Assembly: GCA_965223865.1 (NCBI GenBank)
Contig: OZ245020.1
Location: forward strand, 1,856,001-1,920,000
Source of the DNA: Nitrosarchaeum sp.
GTDB taxonomy: Archaea > Thermoproteota > Nitrososphaeria > Nitrososphaerales > Nitrosopumilaceae
Length of the DNA stretch: 64,000 nucleotides
Reading direction: 5' to 3'
The notes under the pieces: model-generated
Databases searched by the model: none
What the model was told of the DNA's origin: nothing
The model's input: only the letters and a program-made list of their open reading frames with translations
Shown here: piece after piece, positions 50,480-61,315 of the stretch
Position numbering within the stretch: the stretch's first letter is position 1
Layout: the number at the start of each line of letters is the position of its first letter
Made by a program: the position numbers and the translations under genes

Positions 50480-50908
50480 TTATCTTTGATTATTTTGCAA
50501 ACCTTTTTCAATAATTTTCAGAGCATCCTCCGCTTTTTCTGGGCGAGGAAGCTGAATCATAAACACATTGTCTTTTCCATAATTGGATTTAGGAGATGAT
50601 AATGCAAGCATTGATGTTTTTGCAAGAGATTGAAAAAAAATCAAATGTTTGTTTGCATTAATCATTAGTTTTTCCACAATTCCACCCTCAGAGAAAGTTA
50701 AAACAATTTCAACAAAAACGTGGCCAAGTCCATCTTGTAATATGTTAAGATCAGTGTTTATTGAAAGAGGTTTTCCAGCAACTTTGGATAAGATTTCATC
50801 ATATCTCTTTTCTTCAAGAATTATGCAAGGAACAGCATTGCCCTCAAAATCAAAAGTAGTAACATCTTCATGAGATTGAGCAATTAATCTCTCTAGTTCA
50901 TCACTCAT
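50480..50908 (-). CDS. Conserved hypothetical protein
   Basis: 142-aa ORF coupled to the antiporter gene. Confidence 0.8.
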   Translation of the reverse strand: MSDELERLIAQSHEDVTTFDFEGNAVPCIILEEKRYDEILSKVAGKPLSINTDLNILQDGLGHVFVEIVLTFSEGGIVEKLMINANKHLIFFQSLAKTSMLALSSPKSNYGKDNVFMIQLPRPEKAEDALKIIEKGLQNNQR

Positions 50909-52229
50909 TTTCTTTTTCTTTTAAAATAGGCACCACTTTATCGCTTGCCCTTACCAGAAATGGAGAAATGAATGCAGTTACGATTGAGATCACACCAATC
51001 AGAGGGAATAAAAATGCACTTACAGCGCCAATATCAACTCCTGCTTTTACTATAACAATTGAGAATTCCCCTCTTGGCGCTGCTAAGGTAAAAGCCGAAC
51101 GAAGTGATTTGCCTCTTTTTTGCCTAAACAAAATGTTGCCCAACATATTACCACCAAATTTCATACCAGTAGCAACAGCTATTAGAGCAATGGCGATAAA
51201 GATATAATTTTCAAGTTGAGATATATCCATTAATGCACCTACTGAAATAAAGAAGATGGCTACGAACATATCCTTAATTGGACTAGCTAATAGTTTTGAG
51301 ACTTCTGCAGATTTTGATTCTGCAACCAAAACACCAGCAAGAAATGCCCCAATTGCTACAGACAAACCCACAATATTTGCCAATAATGCATATCCAAAAC
51401 AAACCCCAAGAACACTCAAGAGTAATATTTCATGATGTTCTGAGGCCGCTACTCGATCAATAAGTGGAGGAATAACCTTGGTTCCAATAGTAAAGGTTCC
51501 AACAATCAATCCGGTTGCAACAATAACCACAACTATAATAGATTCTATAGATACAGTTCCAACCAATGCAATTGACTGCAAAGAAGAAATCAAAATAACT
51601 GCAATTACATCTTCTACAATCAATATTCCTAGTACAAGAATTGAAGATTGAGTTTTGATCCTTCCTAACTCTTCTAAAATTTTTACAATAATTGCAGTAC
51701 TAGATATTGAAAGAGCTCCTGCAATAAACAGGGAGTCCATAAAATTCATTCCAAGTGCGCTAGCTGCATAAAATACAGCACCTAGAGTAGTAAACAATCC
51801 AATTGTACCTACTCCAATTGCCACTCTACCAATGCTTCGAATCTTTGCATAGGGAAATTCTATGCCAATTACAAACAAAAGCAAAATTACACCAATCTCA
51901 GAAAACAAATTGAGTGCAGAAATATCAGATAAAATTCCAACTCCTTCTAAAGCATCAGAGGATGGTGCACCTTCAGGTAATATCCAAGACCAGAGAGGAG
52001 AAAGTGGACCAATAAGCATTCCAGCAAAAAGATACCCAATTATCAAGGGTTGTCGAATTTTGAAAAAGGCAAGAGTTACAACTGCTCCAATAATCATGAT
52101 AAAAGCTAAATCAGTTACAAATGTAGTATGGGGTAATTCCGGGGTAATTTGTTCAATTAAGCTTGACACAGTATTATTCAACGAACTTTGAATTCCCGAT
52201 GAGTCAATTTGTAATGCAGAATTTTGCAT
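50901..52229 (-). CDS. Cation:proton antiporter (CPA2/Kef family)
   Basis: About 13 TMs; SISSTAI, LIVED, GAFLAG, FFISVG, PRGEF. Confidence 0.95.
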   Translation of the reverse strand: MQNSALQIDSSGIQSSLNNTVSSLIEQITPELPHTTFVTDLAFIMIIGAVVTLAFFKIRQPLIIGYLFAGMLIGPLSPLWSWILPEGAPSSDALEGVGILSDISALNLFSEIGVILLLFVIGIEFPYAKIRSIGRVAIGVGTIGLFTTLGAVFYAASALGMNFMDSLFIAGALSISSTAIIVKILEELGRIKTQSSILVLGILIVEDVIAVILISSLQSIALVGTVSIESIIVVVIVATGLIVGTFTIGTKVIPPLIDRVAASEHHEILLLSVLGVCFGYALLANIVGLSVAIGAFLAGVLVAESKSAEVSKLLASPIKDMFVAIFFISVGALMDISQLENYIFIAIALIAVATGMKFGGNMLGNILFRQKRGKSLRSAFTLAAPRGEFSIVIVKAGVDIGAVSAFLFPLIGVISIVTAFISPFLVRASDKVVPILKEKENE

Positions 52230-52353
52230 GTTTTGAGTTCACAAATTTGTTTAAAAACAGTTGCGCAACTAGTAATAAACTAAAAAAAATTAGAGCCAAA
52301 ATAAAAAACAATTTTTCTTTGAAGGTCTTTATGGTTATTTGGAATAAGATAAT

Positions 52354-52417
52354 TGCAGGGTGATGAGTAGGTCAGCTGAAAATAATGTAGAGATATGACC
52401 TGGGGTATCTGACTGCA
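52354..52417 (+). ncRNA. Candidate C/D-box sRNA
   Basis: TGCAG stem, C box GTGATGA (52360-66), D' CTGA (52376-79), D box CTGA (52409-12), closing CTGCA. Confidence 0.6.
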
Positions 52418-52643
52418 TAGTGGGTTACGTTAGAATTACCTAATTATTAATAGTACGGTACTATACCGTACTTTATGATTCAATGTGAATATTGTCCAAA
52501 AGGTTTTGTTGAAACAGCAAATGGTTTGGCTGAAAAGACATTTCATGAATTACTTCATGAACCAGAAGTTGTTAACAAGTAACTCTTTTCATTTTTTATT
52601 TTTGACCTAACTTTTTTAACGTCAGATTTTCTTTTGGATAGAT

Positions 52644-54173
52644 ATGGCTGTCAAGGAAACAAAGAAAAAAACAAAAAAGACTGCAAGTACCACAAAAAAA
52701 ATTACCAAACGTGAACCTACACCAGCTGCAATTCTAAAAAAGGTAGCCACAGTTTCTGATTCAAGCAAAGCATTACAAAAAGAAATCAAAGTAATGTCCA
52801 AAATTTTCAGTGATAATCAAAAAGTTCTCGTATCTATGAAAGGTATGATTGATACCCTTACTTCTACTCTTGAAAACATACAAAAGCAATCAAAACAAAT
52901 TAATCTGTTAGAAGATGATACCCAAAAACTCTATGCAGGATTAAATCAAGTAAGGACACAATCAAATCTAGTAACAAAAATTAATGATCAAACTGCAAAG
53001 ATTCAAGAAGAAGTCAACAAGATTAATGAAATACAAAAATCATCACCAAAGATCCTAGATCTATCTCAACAAGTAGAAGATAGTATGAACTCGATTAGAA
53101 ATAATTCTCAGATGATCATAAAAATTGCTCAGAGAATTGACGAAGTAAGAGACGATTTAAGAAAGGTTTCTGGAAAAACAGATTCTTTCTTAGAGATTGG
53201 ATCAGAGATTGACAATTTAAAAAATAACATTCAAAATATATCTGGAAAAACAGATCAGTTAGAGACCAATTCACAGATAGTTACAAGTCTCAAAGAAGAT
53301 CTAGGCAATATTTCAGACAAGGTAAATTCTGCATCTACACTAAGTTCAGAACTAGAGGCAATCAAAGTGACAATTGATGCAATATCATCAAAGGCATCAA
53401 AAATAGAATCTTTAGGAGGAGTAATTGAGGGTCTAAAACAACAATTTAACACAATTTCCTCAAATGTTGATTCTATCAACAACGTGAACATAAATACAAT
53501 CAAAGATCTCAATGGAAAAATAGATAAAATTGAGACTGAAGTTGGCTCCTTAACAGATAGAGCAAATTCTACTGCCTTTGTTGGTGAAGGTCTCAAATCA
53601 GTTCAGGAAGATTTTTCCAATTTTAAGAAAAATGTATATGATAAAACAAACATCATAGAGCAAAAAATTTCTTCAGTAAATGATGTGTTGAAAAGACAAG
53701 ATGTATCTACATCAGAATTTCATAAAAAAACAGATAAAATATTTGAAGAACTTCAATCCGTCAAAAATGTCACAAACAAGACCTCAAGTGATTCTTCAAA
53801 AGAGATGATGGCATTATTGAAGTTATCAGAATTTCAATCAAACATTAGAATGCTTTCTGAATCAAAATATGGAGATGTAAAGGAACTTGAAAACATGGCA
53901 TCACAAACTGCCGATATTGTAAATCTTTTTGATAGAATAACAATTGAATCAGGTGAAAATATTCCACTTCCTCATGAGGTCAGACAGTGGACAGTAGGTA
54001 AAATTTTTGATTGTGCAGATAGGTGGGAAATTAGATTCAGTGACCTATTTTCGATCTTAATTAATGCAATTGGAAGGGATATGTTAAAAGAATCTATCAG
54101 AATTCAACAAGTAAGAGACATTTACGGAATAAGGGCAGTAGATGAAATTAGAAAAGAATTGAATATCTCTTAG
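52644..54173 (+). CDS. Long coiled-coil protein
   Basis: Heptad-rich 509-aa ORF. Confidence 0.85.
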   Translation: MAVKETKKKTKKTASTTKKITKREPTPAAILKKVATVSDSSKALQKEIKVMSKIFSDNQKVLVSMKGMIDTLTSTLENIQKQSKQINLLEDDTQKLYAGLNQVRTQSNLVTKINDQTAKIQEEVNKINEIQKSSPKILDLSQQVEDSMNSIRNNSQMIIKIAQRIDEVRDDLRKVSGKTDSFLEIGSEIDNLKNNIQNISGKTDQLETNSQIVTSLKEDLGNISDKVNSASTLSSELEAIKVTIDAISSKASKIESLGGVIEGLKQQFNTISSNVDSINNVNINTIKDLNGKIDKIETEVGSLTDRANSTAFVGEGLKSVQEDFSNFKKNVYDKTNIIEQKISSVNDVLKRQDVSTSEFHKKTDKIFEELQSVKNVTNKTSSDSSKEMMALLKLSEFQSNIRMLSESKYGDVKELENMASQTADIVNLFDRITIESGENIPLPHEVRQWTVGKIFDCADRWEIRFSDLFSILINAIGRDMLKESIRIQQVRDIYGIRAVDEIRKELNIS

Positions 54174-56209
54174 ACGCCAGAATCATCAATTTCTTTGAAT
54201 TGTTCTTTCTTTCTTTTGAGTGCTGCAAATATACCAATTATAGCTGCTATCCAAATTGTACTAAATACAACATTGGAAATGCTGACATACATGTAAGGGG
54301 TTGCATCCATCAAATTTGTTTTAATTAGTAGAGCCCTATCGCTAATATCCATCATTCCAGTATGATACGCAGAACTATCCTTTGGAACAGCAGATATTTT
54401 TTCAATACTAGCAATCAGAGTATTCACATCACTTTCTATTCTTAGAAAATTTGTAGATTCAGTAGGGAAAATCCATACGGGATTTTTGTTTTCAGAAAGA
54501 TTGTTCAATACTATTCCCAAGTCTTGTTTGATTGATGTAAGATGAGATTTAATGGCAACAGGATCAGATGAACCAATAATGCCATCTAGGTTCCCACGCA
54601 TTCTATCTAGAGGATAAATTTTAGAATCGTACTCGTAAAATGCCATTACTGCGCCAAATAAAATAATTGCAACAATTCCTATCATTGAAAGTCTGTAAAT
54701 AGTATTTGCCATCTTTTCACTCTTGCTTAGAGTTCTATTTTCACTTGATTTATTTCTTTTAAATCTAGTGTGGGAAAGACTCATGTATGCTATGTAGAAG
54801 AAACCAATAGTTTGTAATCCAATTATAGGAACAAAAATCGGATTATTTGAAAAAATAGATATAAAAATTCCCAAAATTCCATAAACGCCAAAAAAGATCT
54901 CAAGTAATGTTGTTTGAGTAAAAGGTAAATTGTAAGCCTTGTTTTTCCAGTCATCTTCTTTAGTAATTATTCCATATTTTGGAGTTCTCAAAAACTCATT
55001 TTTCTTTCCCACTATGGCATCAAATACTGCGACACTATTGTTTACAGACATCCCAGCATTATACACTAAGAGTGCGGGAAGAATTTTTGCTTTTGATTTC
55101 CAAGATTTATGATACATACTCTGTATAATCATTATGTAGGCCCCAGGACCCATTGCGAGATATGTTGCAAGTGTTAGTGCAGGGATAAAGCTTACAACAT
55201 AAAGATTCATCTGAGAAGCTAAAAGAACAGGCAGAGCAAGAAATTGTATAAGCATTAGAGGATAAACAATGTGACGTGTTAGTTGAATGAACGCTTGAAT
55301 TTTTGTCTCTACTGCAACTTTACGTTTTATTACAATATTAGTCAACAGTTTGATGGCACACTGTATTGAGCCCTTTGCCCAACGGAACTGTTGCCTCTTT
55401 GCAGCATTCATCTGAACTGGAAGTTCTGCATCAACTACAATGTCTGGCAAAAATACACACTTCCATCCTTTCATTTGTGCTCTATAGCTAAGGTCCAAGT
55501 CTTCAACTAATGTTGCAGTGTGCCATCCACCTGCATCTTCAATACAATCTCGCTTCCAAATTCCAGCAGTTCCATTAAAATTCATAAACAAATGTGAATT
55601 GCTTTTGGCCTTTTGTTCTATAAGAAAGTGAAAATCAAGGCTAAGTGCTTGTGCCTGTGTGATTGCTGAATAGTTTTCATTCACATGACCCCAACGGCAC
55701 TGAACTAATCCAATGTTAGACTTTGCAAAGTGAGGAATTGCTTTTTTTAAAAACCAATCAGGAGGGATAAAATCTGCATCAAAAATTGCTACATATTCTG
55801 TGTCTGTTGTGTGCATCGCATATTTCAATGCACCTGCCTTGTACCCTTTTCTTGTGCCTCGTCTAACATGTTCAATTTTGAATCCATGTTTTTTGTAATC
55901 ATCAACAACATTTTCTAAAAGATCAACAGTATCATCATCAGAATCATCTAATACCATTATGCGCATATTTTCTTTTGGATAATCCATATGACATACTGCA
56001 TCAACCAACCTTTTGGCGACATATTTTTCATTATAGATAGGAAGTTGTATCGTAACTGAAGGAGTCCCTATTTCGGTAGTATCTAGAACTTCTTTTCTTC
56101 TACCAGAAAGATATGCAAGATAATAAAAATTGCAAGTATACGCAATTATTATAATCGCTGATAAAATAAACAGATCAAAAATAAATTGTGTGAAAGGATT
56201 TAGCGCCAT
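54170..56209 (-). CDS. GT2 cellulose-synthase-like glycosyltransferase
   Basis: QLPIYNE, DDS, KAGAL, DADF, VED, QQFRW plus TMs. Confidence 0.95.
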   Translation of the reverse strand: MALNPFTQFIFDLFILSAIIIIAYTCNFYYLAYLSGRRKEVLDTTEIGTPSVTIQLPIYNEKYVAKRLVDAVCHMDYPKENMRIMVLDDSDDDTVDLLENVVDDYKKHGFKIEHVRRGTRKGYKAGALKYAMHTTDTEYVAIFDADFIPPDWFLKKAIPHFAKSNIGLVQCRWGHVNENYSAITQAQALSLDFHFLIEQKAKSNSHLFMNFNGTAGIWKRDCIEDAGGWHTATLVEDLDLSYRAQMKGWKCVFLPDIVVDAELPVQMNAAKRQQFRWAKGSIQCAIKLLTNIVIKRKVAVETKIQAFIQLTRHIVYPLMLIQFLALPVLLASQMNLYVVSFIPALTLATYLAMGPGAYIMIIQSMYHKSWKSKAKILPALLVYNAGMSVNNSVAVFDAIVGKKNEFLRTPKYGIITKEDDWKNKAYNLPFTQTTLLEIFFGVYGILGIFISIFSNNPIFVPIIGLQTIGFFYIAYMSLSHTRFKRNKSSENRTLSKSEKMANTIYRLSMIGIVAIILFGAVMAFYEYDSKIYPLDRMRGNLDGIIGSSDPVAIKSHLTSIKQDLGIVLNNLSENKNPVWIFPTESTNFLRIESDVNTLIASIEKISAVPKDSSAYHTGMMDISDRALLIKTNLMDATPYMYVSISNVVFSTIWIAAIIGIFAALKRKKEQFKEIDDSGV

Positions 56210-56261
56210 CCCTAGTTTCTCAGAATGACTAATCGCTATTTATACTTGCAAAATATTTTAC

Positions 56262-57206
56262 TTATTTTTGCTCAAAGATCTTGATTGCTTGTGGAGGACA
56301 AACTCCTTCACATGCCAAACAGAATATACAATCAGGTTCTTTAGACATTAATGGTTTTTTCTCAGATGCAGGATTTCCTGGGGTGTCAAACCATTCGTAA
56401 ACACCAACAGGACATGCTTCTATGCATCCTCCGTCGGCCACACAAATATCATAATCAACCGAAACAAATTCTCCCCAAACCCCCAAAATTGCGTTGTTGG
56501 ATCCTCTTCTACCCCAAGTTTTGATGGTATGATCAGCGCCAGTAAATGGTGATGAAGGTTTCATCTTTGATTTATAGTCTACATCTATTGGACCAGGTTT
56601 AGCACCATCAGGTACTTCAATTTCCCCTTCATCTTCTTCAATTTCTTCAGCTGCTTCAGCTGCTTTTGGTTTAGCACCAAGGACAATTTTTGCCAGAGGG
56701 GTTAATTCTTCTAATCTTTTGATTGCCTGAGGTTCATTTAGTTTCTCAGATTTTGCAAGATAAGAAATCATCTTGTCTGCCAAGATGGTATTACGGAGAA
56801 TAGTATCTATAACCATTTTTGCAAAATGATCTGCCTTTTTTCTGTAATCTTTAACCCAATTAGGATCTCCGAATTTTTCAATTGGGAAAATTTGATAAAT
56901 TATATCAACAACTTCGCCAGTAACTATTTCTACAGTTACAGACAATTCAACTTCTTCGTATCCCTTTGCATCAGGATTGGTCATATTCTGTTCTTTCCAT
57001 CTGTATGTTGCAAAAATTCTGTCTGCATATGCATCCATCTCAAATGCCTTTTTCAAACCATCATGTACAGATTTTATTTCATTAGGTTCTTCAAGTTTGA
57101 TTGGTAATCTATAAAGTCCAAGTTTGAAGCCATGTAAAGGATATACGCCTCTTTTGGCAGTTGGTGCCTCCATCGACCAAACTCGATCTTTTAGAAGTAA
57201 TGACAT
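56262..57206 (-). CDS. Protein with C-terminal 4Fe-4S dicluster ferredoxin domain
   Basis: CVADGGCIEACP...CIFCLACEGVCP. Confidence 0.9.
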   Translation of the reverse strand: MSLLLKDRVWSMEAPTAKRGVYPLHGFKLGLYRLPIKLEEPNEIKSVHDGLKKAFEMDAYADRIFATYRWKEQNMTNPDAKGYEEVELSVTVEIVTGEVVDIIYQIFPIEKFGDPNWVKDYRKKADHFAKMVIDTILRNTILADKMISYLAKSEKLNEPQAIKRLEELTPLAKIVLGAKPKAAEAAEEIEEDEGEIEVPDGAKPGPIDVDYKSKMKPSSPFTGADHTIKTWGRRGSNNAILGVWGEFVSVDYDICVADGGCIEACPVGVYEWFDTPGNPASEKKPLMSKEPDCIFCLACEGVCPPQAIKIFEQK

Positions 57207-57242
57207 TCAGTTTGAATTATTTGAATTTATTTAAAAAGGTTA

Positions 57243-57551
57243 TCAGTCATCGTCAGGACATGTAAGCTCACGAAGTTCAGTATATTTTTTTTCCATAGAA
57301 TCTGCATGATTTAGAACTTGTTCCATATTAAATTGGTCTTTGGAGAAATACCATCGAATTGGCACCCAATGTCCAATTCCATCCATATCATGGATCATGC
57401 CCTTATCGGCTTTAACATTAAGTTTGTCATCAATAGAGGTTTCTTTAACTGTTAAGCCTCTTTTTGTTTTGTCTTCCATAATAAAATCAGTGTTACCATC
57501 TTTGATATAGTAGAAGGAACCTTTCTTTAGAATAGGAAGGTCTAGAAGCAA
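57243..57551 (-). CDS. Conserved hypothetical protein
   Basis: 102-aa ORF in operon with rhodanese. Confidence 0.8.
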   Translation of the reverse strand: MLLDLPILKKGSFYYIKDGNTDFIMEDKTKRGLTVKETSIDDKLNVKADKGMIHDMDGIGHWVPIRWYFSKDQFNMEQVLNHADSMEKKYTELRELTCPDDD

Positions 57552-57552
57552 T

Positions 57553-58398
57553 TTATTTTTCCACGGGATTTCCTATCATGTTACCCCATTCAGTCCATGA
57601 ACCATCATAGTTTCTAACCTTTGGGTAGCCAAGTAGATATTTTAGAACAAACCAGCTATGTGAGGATCTCTCTCCAATTCTACAATAACAGATTACATCC
57701 TTATCAGCAGTAACGCCTTTTGGTTCATAATTTTGTTTTAATTCTTCAACAGACTTGAATGTTCCATCAGTATCATTTACTGCAGTTGCCCATGGGATAT
57801 TGTTTGCACCGGGAATGTGTCCTCCTCTTTGTGCATGTTCCATTGGATATTCAGGAGGAGCAGTAATTTCACCTGTGAATTCTTTTGGGGATCTTACATC
57901 TACCATTACAGTATCTTCACGGTCTAGTGTACGACTAACATCAAATAGATATGCTCGTAATCCTTCATCAGGAGGGACTGCAGAATACGTAGTTGAAGTA
58001 AAATGTGGTTCTTCTGTTGTATATTCTCTATTTTCTAATTCCCATTTTTTTCTCCCACCATTCATAATTTTGAGATTTTCATGTCCATAATATTTGAAAA
58101 CCCAAAAAACAAACGCTGCAAACCAATTGTTAAAGTCTCCATAAAGAATTACTTCAGAGTCTTTTGTAATTCCATTTTTTGACATTAACTCCTCAAATTG
58201 TTTTTTATTAATGATATCTCGGGTTACGGGATCATTGACATCACGTTTCCACCAAATTAGACTAGCGCCTTTGATGTGACCTTTTTGATATCCATTTACA
58301 GGATCATAATCTACTTCGACTAATTTCCTATTGTCATTAGGAGGATTTTGAAATACCCACTCGGTATCAACTAACACTTCAGGATGTGCATAACTCAT
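57553..58398 (-). CDS. Thiosulfate sulfurtransferase (tandem rhodanese)
   Basis: GHIKGA, DVRSPKEF, GHIPGA, YCRIGERS, YDGSWTEW. Confidence 0.96.
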   Translation of the reverse strand: MSYAHPEVLVDTEWVFQNPPNDNRKLVEVDYDPVNGYQKGHIKGASLIWWKRDVNDPVTRDIINKKQFEELMSKNGITKDSEVILYGDFNNWFAAFVFWVFKYYGHENLKIMNGGRKKWELENREYTTEEPHFTSTTYSAVPPDEGLRAYLFDVSRTLDREDTVMVDVRSPKEFTGEITAPPEYPMEHAQRGGHIPGANNIPWATAVNDTDGTFKSVEELKQNYEPKGVTADKDVICYCRIGERSSHSWFVLKYLLGYPKVRNYDGSWTEWGNMIGNPVEK

Positions 58399-58485
58399 AG
58401 TATTTTGAGAATTTGTTTTCATACTTAATTGTTTTTCTAGAAAATTAAGTAAAAATATCATTTTTAAGTAAATGAAAACAATGAG

Positions 58486-59307
58486 ATGTGTTTGAGACTT
58501 CATAAAGTTGCAGTTGTAAGCAAGGTAGGATCAAAAGATTCAGAAAATGCTGCCAGGGACGTCACAAAAAAATTCCTAGCAAAAAAAGCCAAAGTGTTTA
58601 CTATTTCTCCAGTAGAGGTTGAGGGAGCAAAGAAACTAGAATCGCTTGAAGAACTAAAAAATATGAAATTAGATCTTGTAGTTACACTTGGAGGAGATGG
58701 AACTACACTTAGAGTGTTCAGGAATCTTGAAAATGAAACACCTATTCTTACCATCAATGTAGGAGGTAACAGAGGAATTCTAGCAGAAATTACCATCGAA
58801 GAGATTGATGATGCAATAAATAATATTTTAAAAGACAAGTTCTTTTTGGATAAAAGAACGAGAGTCGTTGCCTCACGTGGAGGGAAAGAATTTCCACCAG
58901 CACTAAATGAGATTTACATTTGTAGAACAAATCTTACAAAAACTTCAGAAATCGAAATAAAATTTCAAAACGATACGGTAAAACAAAAAATGGATGGAGT
59001 AATTATTGCAACTCCTAGTGGTTCAACTGGTCACTCATTTTCATTAGGAGGTCCAATTCTTCATGAAAGTTTGGATGTTTTGATAATAACACCTGTTGCA
59101 CCAGTTTATAGATTAGAATCCATTGTAGTTCCAGATGAAAAAATTGAAGTAATTTCATCGCATGACTGCAGTATAGTTATGGACGCACAAGTTGTAAAAT
59201 CGGCAGGATTTGAAGAACCAATCATAATAAAAAAATACAAAAAGCCAGCAGTCTTCATACGATTAAAGAAACGTGGTTTGAGGCAGATGAGCAAACTTGG
59301 ATTTTAG
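58486..59307 (+). CDS. nadK: NAD kinase
   Basis: LGGDGT, ALNE, DGVIIATPSGSTG. Confidence 0.95.
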   Translation: MCLRLHKVAVVSKVGSKDSENAARDVTKKFLAKKAKVFTISPVEVEGAKKLESLEELKNMKLDLVVTLGGDGTTLRVFRNLENETPILTINVGGNRGILAEITIEEIDDAINNILKDKFFLDKRTRVVASRGGKEFPPALNEIYICRTNLTKTSEIEIKFQNDTVKQKMDGVIIATPSGSTGHSFSLGGPILHESLDVLIITPVAPVYRLESIVVPDEKIEVISSHDCSIVMDAQVVKSAGFEEPIIIKKYKKPAVFIRLKKRGLRQMSKLGF

Positions 59308-59797
59308 GATTTTAGACGCGAGTGCATTTTATGCAGGAGTTCCCTTTGTGTCAGAGAATGATTGCTATACTACATCACTTGTATACGAAGAAATCAAACA
59401 TATTAAAAAAAATCATGAGGCAGTAAGAACTCTTTTAGAAACAAATCGACTGAAGATAATGGATCCAGATAATGAATCAAAAAATTCTGCAATTTTATTG
59501 GCAAAAAAAACGGGAGATTATCAACAATTATCAAAACAAGATATTTCAATTGTTGCCTTGTGCATTAAACTCAAAGGTCAAATAATTACAGATGACTTTG
59601 CAATAACAAATGTTGCACATAACATGGGTCTAAAAACATCACCAATAATGACTAGGGGAATCAGAGATGTTGGAAGATGGATTCATTATTGTCCAGGTTG
59701 TCGAATAAATCACATCGCAGGAAAGGAATGTCCAAATTGTGGAACGCCGTTAAAAAGAAAACTGCTCAAAAGGAAATCTTTTTCTTTGTCACCCTAG
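59297..59797 (+). CDS. nob1: Nob1 PIN-domain rRNA maturation endonuclease
   Basis: LDASAF...LSKQD...TDDFAI plus CPGC/CPNCG. Confidence 0.92.
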   Translation: MDFRILDASAFYAGVPFVSENDCYTTSLVYEEIKHIKKNHEAVRTLLETNRLKIMDPDNESKNSAILLAKKTGDYQQLSKQDISIVALCIKLKGQIITDDFAITNVAHNMGLKTSPIMTRGIRDVGRWIHYCPGCRINHIAGKECPNCGTPLKRKLLKRKSFSLSP

Positions 59798-59899
59798 AAA
59801 TGAACCATCATATATTGTAACATTTTCAAAACTTGTATTCTAACTGAAAAAAACGAGGCCGTATAGACTAACACAAATTTGTTAATACATCTAATTACA

Positions 59900-60586
59900 T
59901 CATGAATCATGTAGAGTTTTTTGATTTGATGTTTTTAGAAATTTACTTTGTGACTCTAGAATTTTTTTTATTTTTTTTGCTCTTGCCTCACCTAATCCTT
60001 CAACCTTTGCAAGCTCAGTAGTAGTTGCTGTGAAAACTTTGAGAGGGGTTCCAAATTTTTCTAGCATTCTTACGGCAAATTTCTCACCCACTCCTGGAAG
60101 ACTACACAGTGATGATAGTTGTTGTTTTTCTAAATCATTGGATTTTCGGATTTTTTTTAAATATGGTCCTTTTGGTGATTCTTTTCTTGAACACATTGAA
60201 ACAAGAAGCTTTGCAGTATGGGTTGCACTAGGTGTAGGAATTACTGGAATTTTAAAATCAATGACAACTGTTGAAATTGCACCATAAAAGATTAATGGAT
60301 TATCAGCGATTTCATCTATTTCATCAACATTTCCTTCCATCAAAATTATAGGATATTGGAAATGTTCCTTTAGTCTTGAGCATTGATCAAATAATCTTCC
60401 ATCAAAAACAGAGGACAATAAATCACGAATGCTTTTTCTTTCAATTACTGTTTCGGGAGCTACAATGTAATCTCCTATTGGGAGAGTTTTCATTTCTAAA
60501 TTCAGACCTACAGATTTTAGTAGATCAGGAATTCCGCTTTTACGTTCACGTTCATCTACAATTATTCTCAAATTTTCGAGTTTCAA
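59900..60586 (-). CDS. xpf: ERCC4/XPF nuclease with HhH motifs
   Basis: VDERE, GDY, IERKS, LPGVG, VEGLG. Confidence 0.93.
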   Translation of the reverse strand: MKLENLRIIVDERERKSGIPDLLKSVGLNLEMKTLPIGDYIVAPETVIERKSIRDLLSSVFDGRLFDQCSRLKEHFQYPIILMEGNVDEIDEIADNPLIFYGAISTVVIDFKIPVIPTPSATHTAKLLVSMCSRKESPKGPYLKKIRKSNDLEKQQLSSLCSLPGVGEKFAVRMLEKFGTPLKVFTATTTELAKVEGLGEARAKKIKKILESQSKFLKTSNQKTLHDS

Positions 60587-60637
60587 TAAGTTGAATTGGG
60601 TTAATTTGTTAATATTTTATTTGAAATTTTAACGAGA

Positions 60638-61045
60638 TTATTTTCTAGAGTCTTCACTTGTAGGAGGTTGGTCGGCCATCTTTGCACCACTTCCGGCTCC
60701 ACCTTTCATCATTTCAGTAATCTTTGTCTCTTGTTCTTTTAGCGTTTCTTTGATTCTTGTTTCTTGTTTTTCAAGAACAGTGGAACGAGTTTTTGCCATC
60801 TCAAGTCTTTCTTCGAGGTCATCAATTAGTTCTTTTTTTGTAGATTTTATCAGAATTGAGCCAGCGTGTTTGTAGACATTATCTGAATCATTTGCTTTTC
60901 TTAATTCCTCAAGGGCTTTTTCTGTCTCAACTTTTTCCATTTCAAGATGTTGTTTTTGAGTCATTATTGATTGTAAATTCTGTTGTGATTGTTGCAGTTT
61001 CATCAGTTGCTCTTGAAGCCAAGGTGGCATTTGTCCTGTTGACAT
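60638..61045 (-). CDS. pfdB: Prefoldin beta subunit
   Basis: Coiled coil with VYKHAGSILIK hairpin; superoperon context. Confidence 0.93.
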   Translation of the reverse strand: MSTGQMPPWLQEQLMKLQQSQQNLQSIMTQKQHLEMEKVETEKALEELRKANDSDNVYKHAGSILIKSTKKELIDDLEERLEMAKTRSTVLEKQETRIKETLKEQETKITEMMKGGAGSGAKMADQPPTSEDSRK

Positions 61046-61069
61046 GTTAAATCGTTGTTTAGAGTTTCA

Positions 61070-61315
61070 TTATATCTTTACCGATTCAATAGAATCATAA
61101 CTTGCTTGAATTAATCGTAAAGTAGAGTTAAGATTCGCACGAAGATGAGGAATGTGTTCAGAATCTATAGAAATTTCAAGTTTTTTATCTAGAGACATCG
61201 TTGTTTTTGTTGGATTTTCAGGATAGTATTCATTATCAGTGTTTACTGAATCAAAAATTGCTCTTGTTTTCTCTTTTGCATCAACAATAATTTTTGCATT
61301 AAAGCTTGATGTCAT
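61070..61315 (-). CDS. pcc1: KEOPS subunit Pcc1
   Basis: LRANLNSTLRLI motif; lies between eL43 and prefoldin. Confidence 0.85.
   Translation of the reverse strand: MTSSFNAKIIVDAKEKTRAIFDSVNTDNEYYPENPTKTTMSLDKKLEISIDSEHIPHLRANLNSTLRLIQASYDSIESVKI

Noticed and set aside
52644-54173. Chemoreceptor or SMC call for the coiled-coil protein
   Set aside because: No MCP hairpin signature and no Walker motifs
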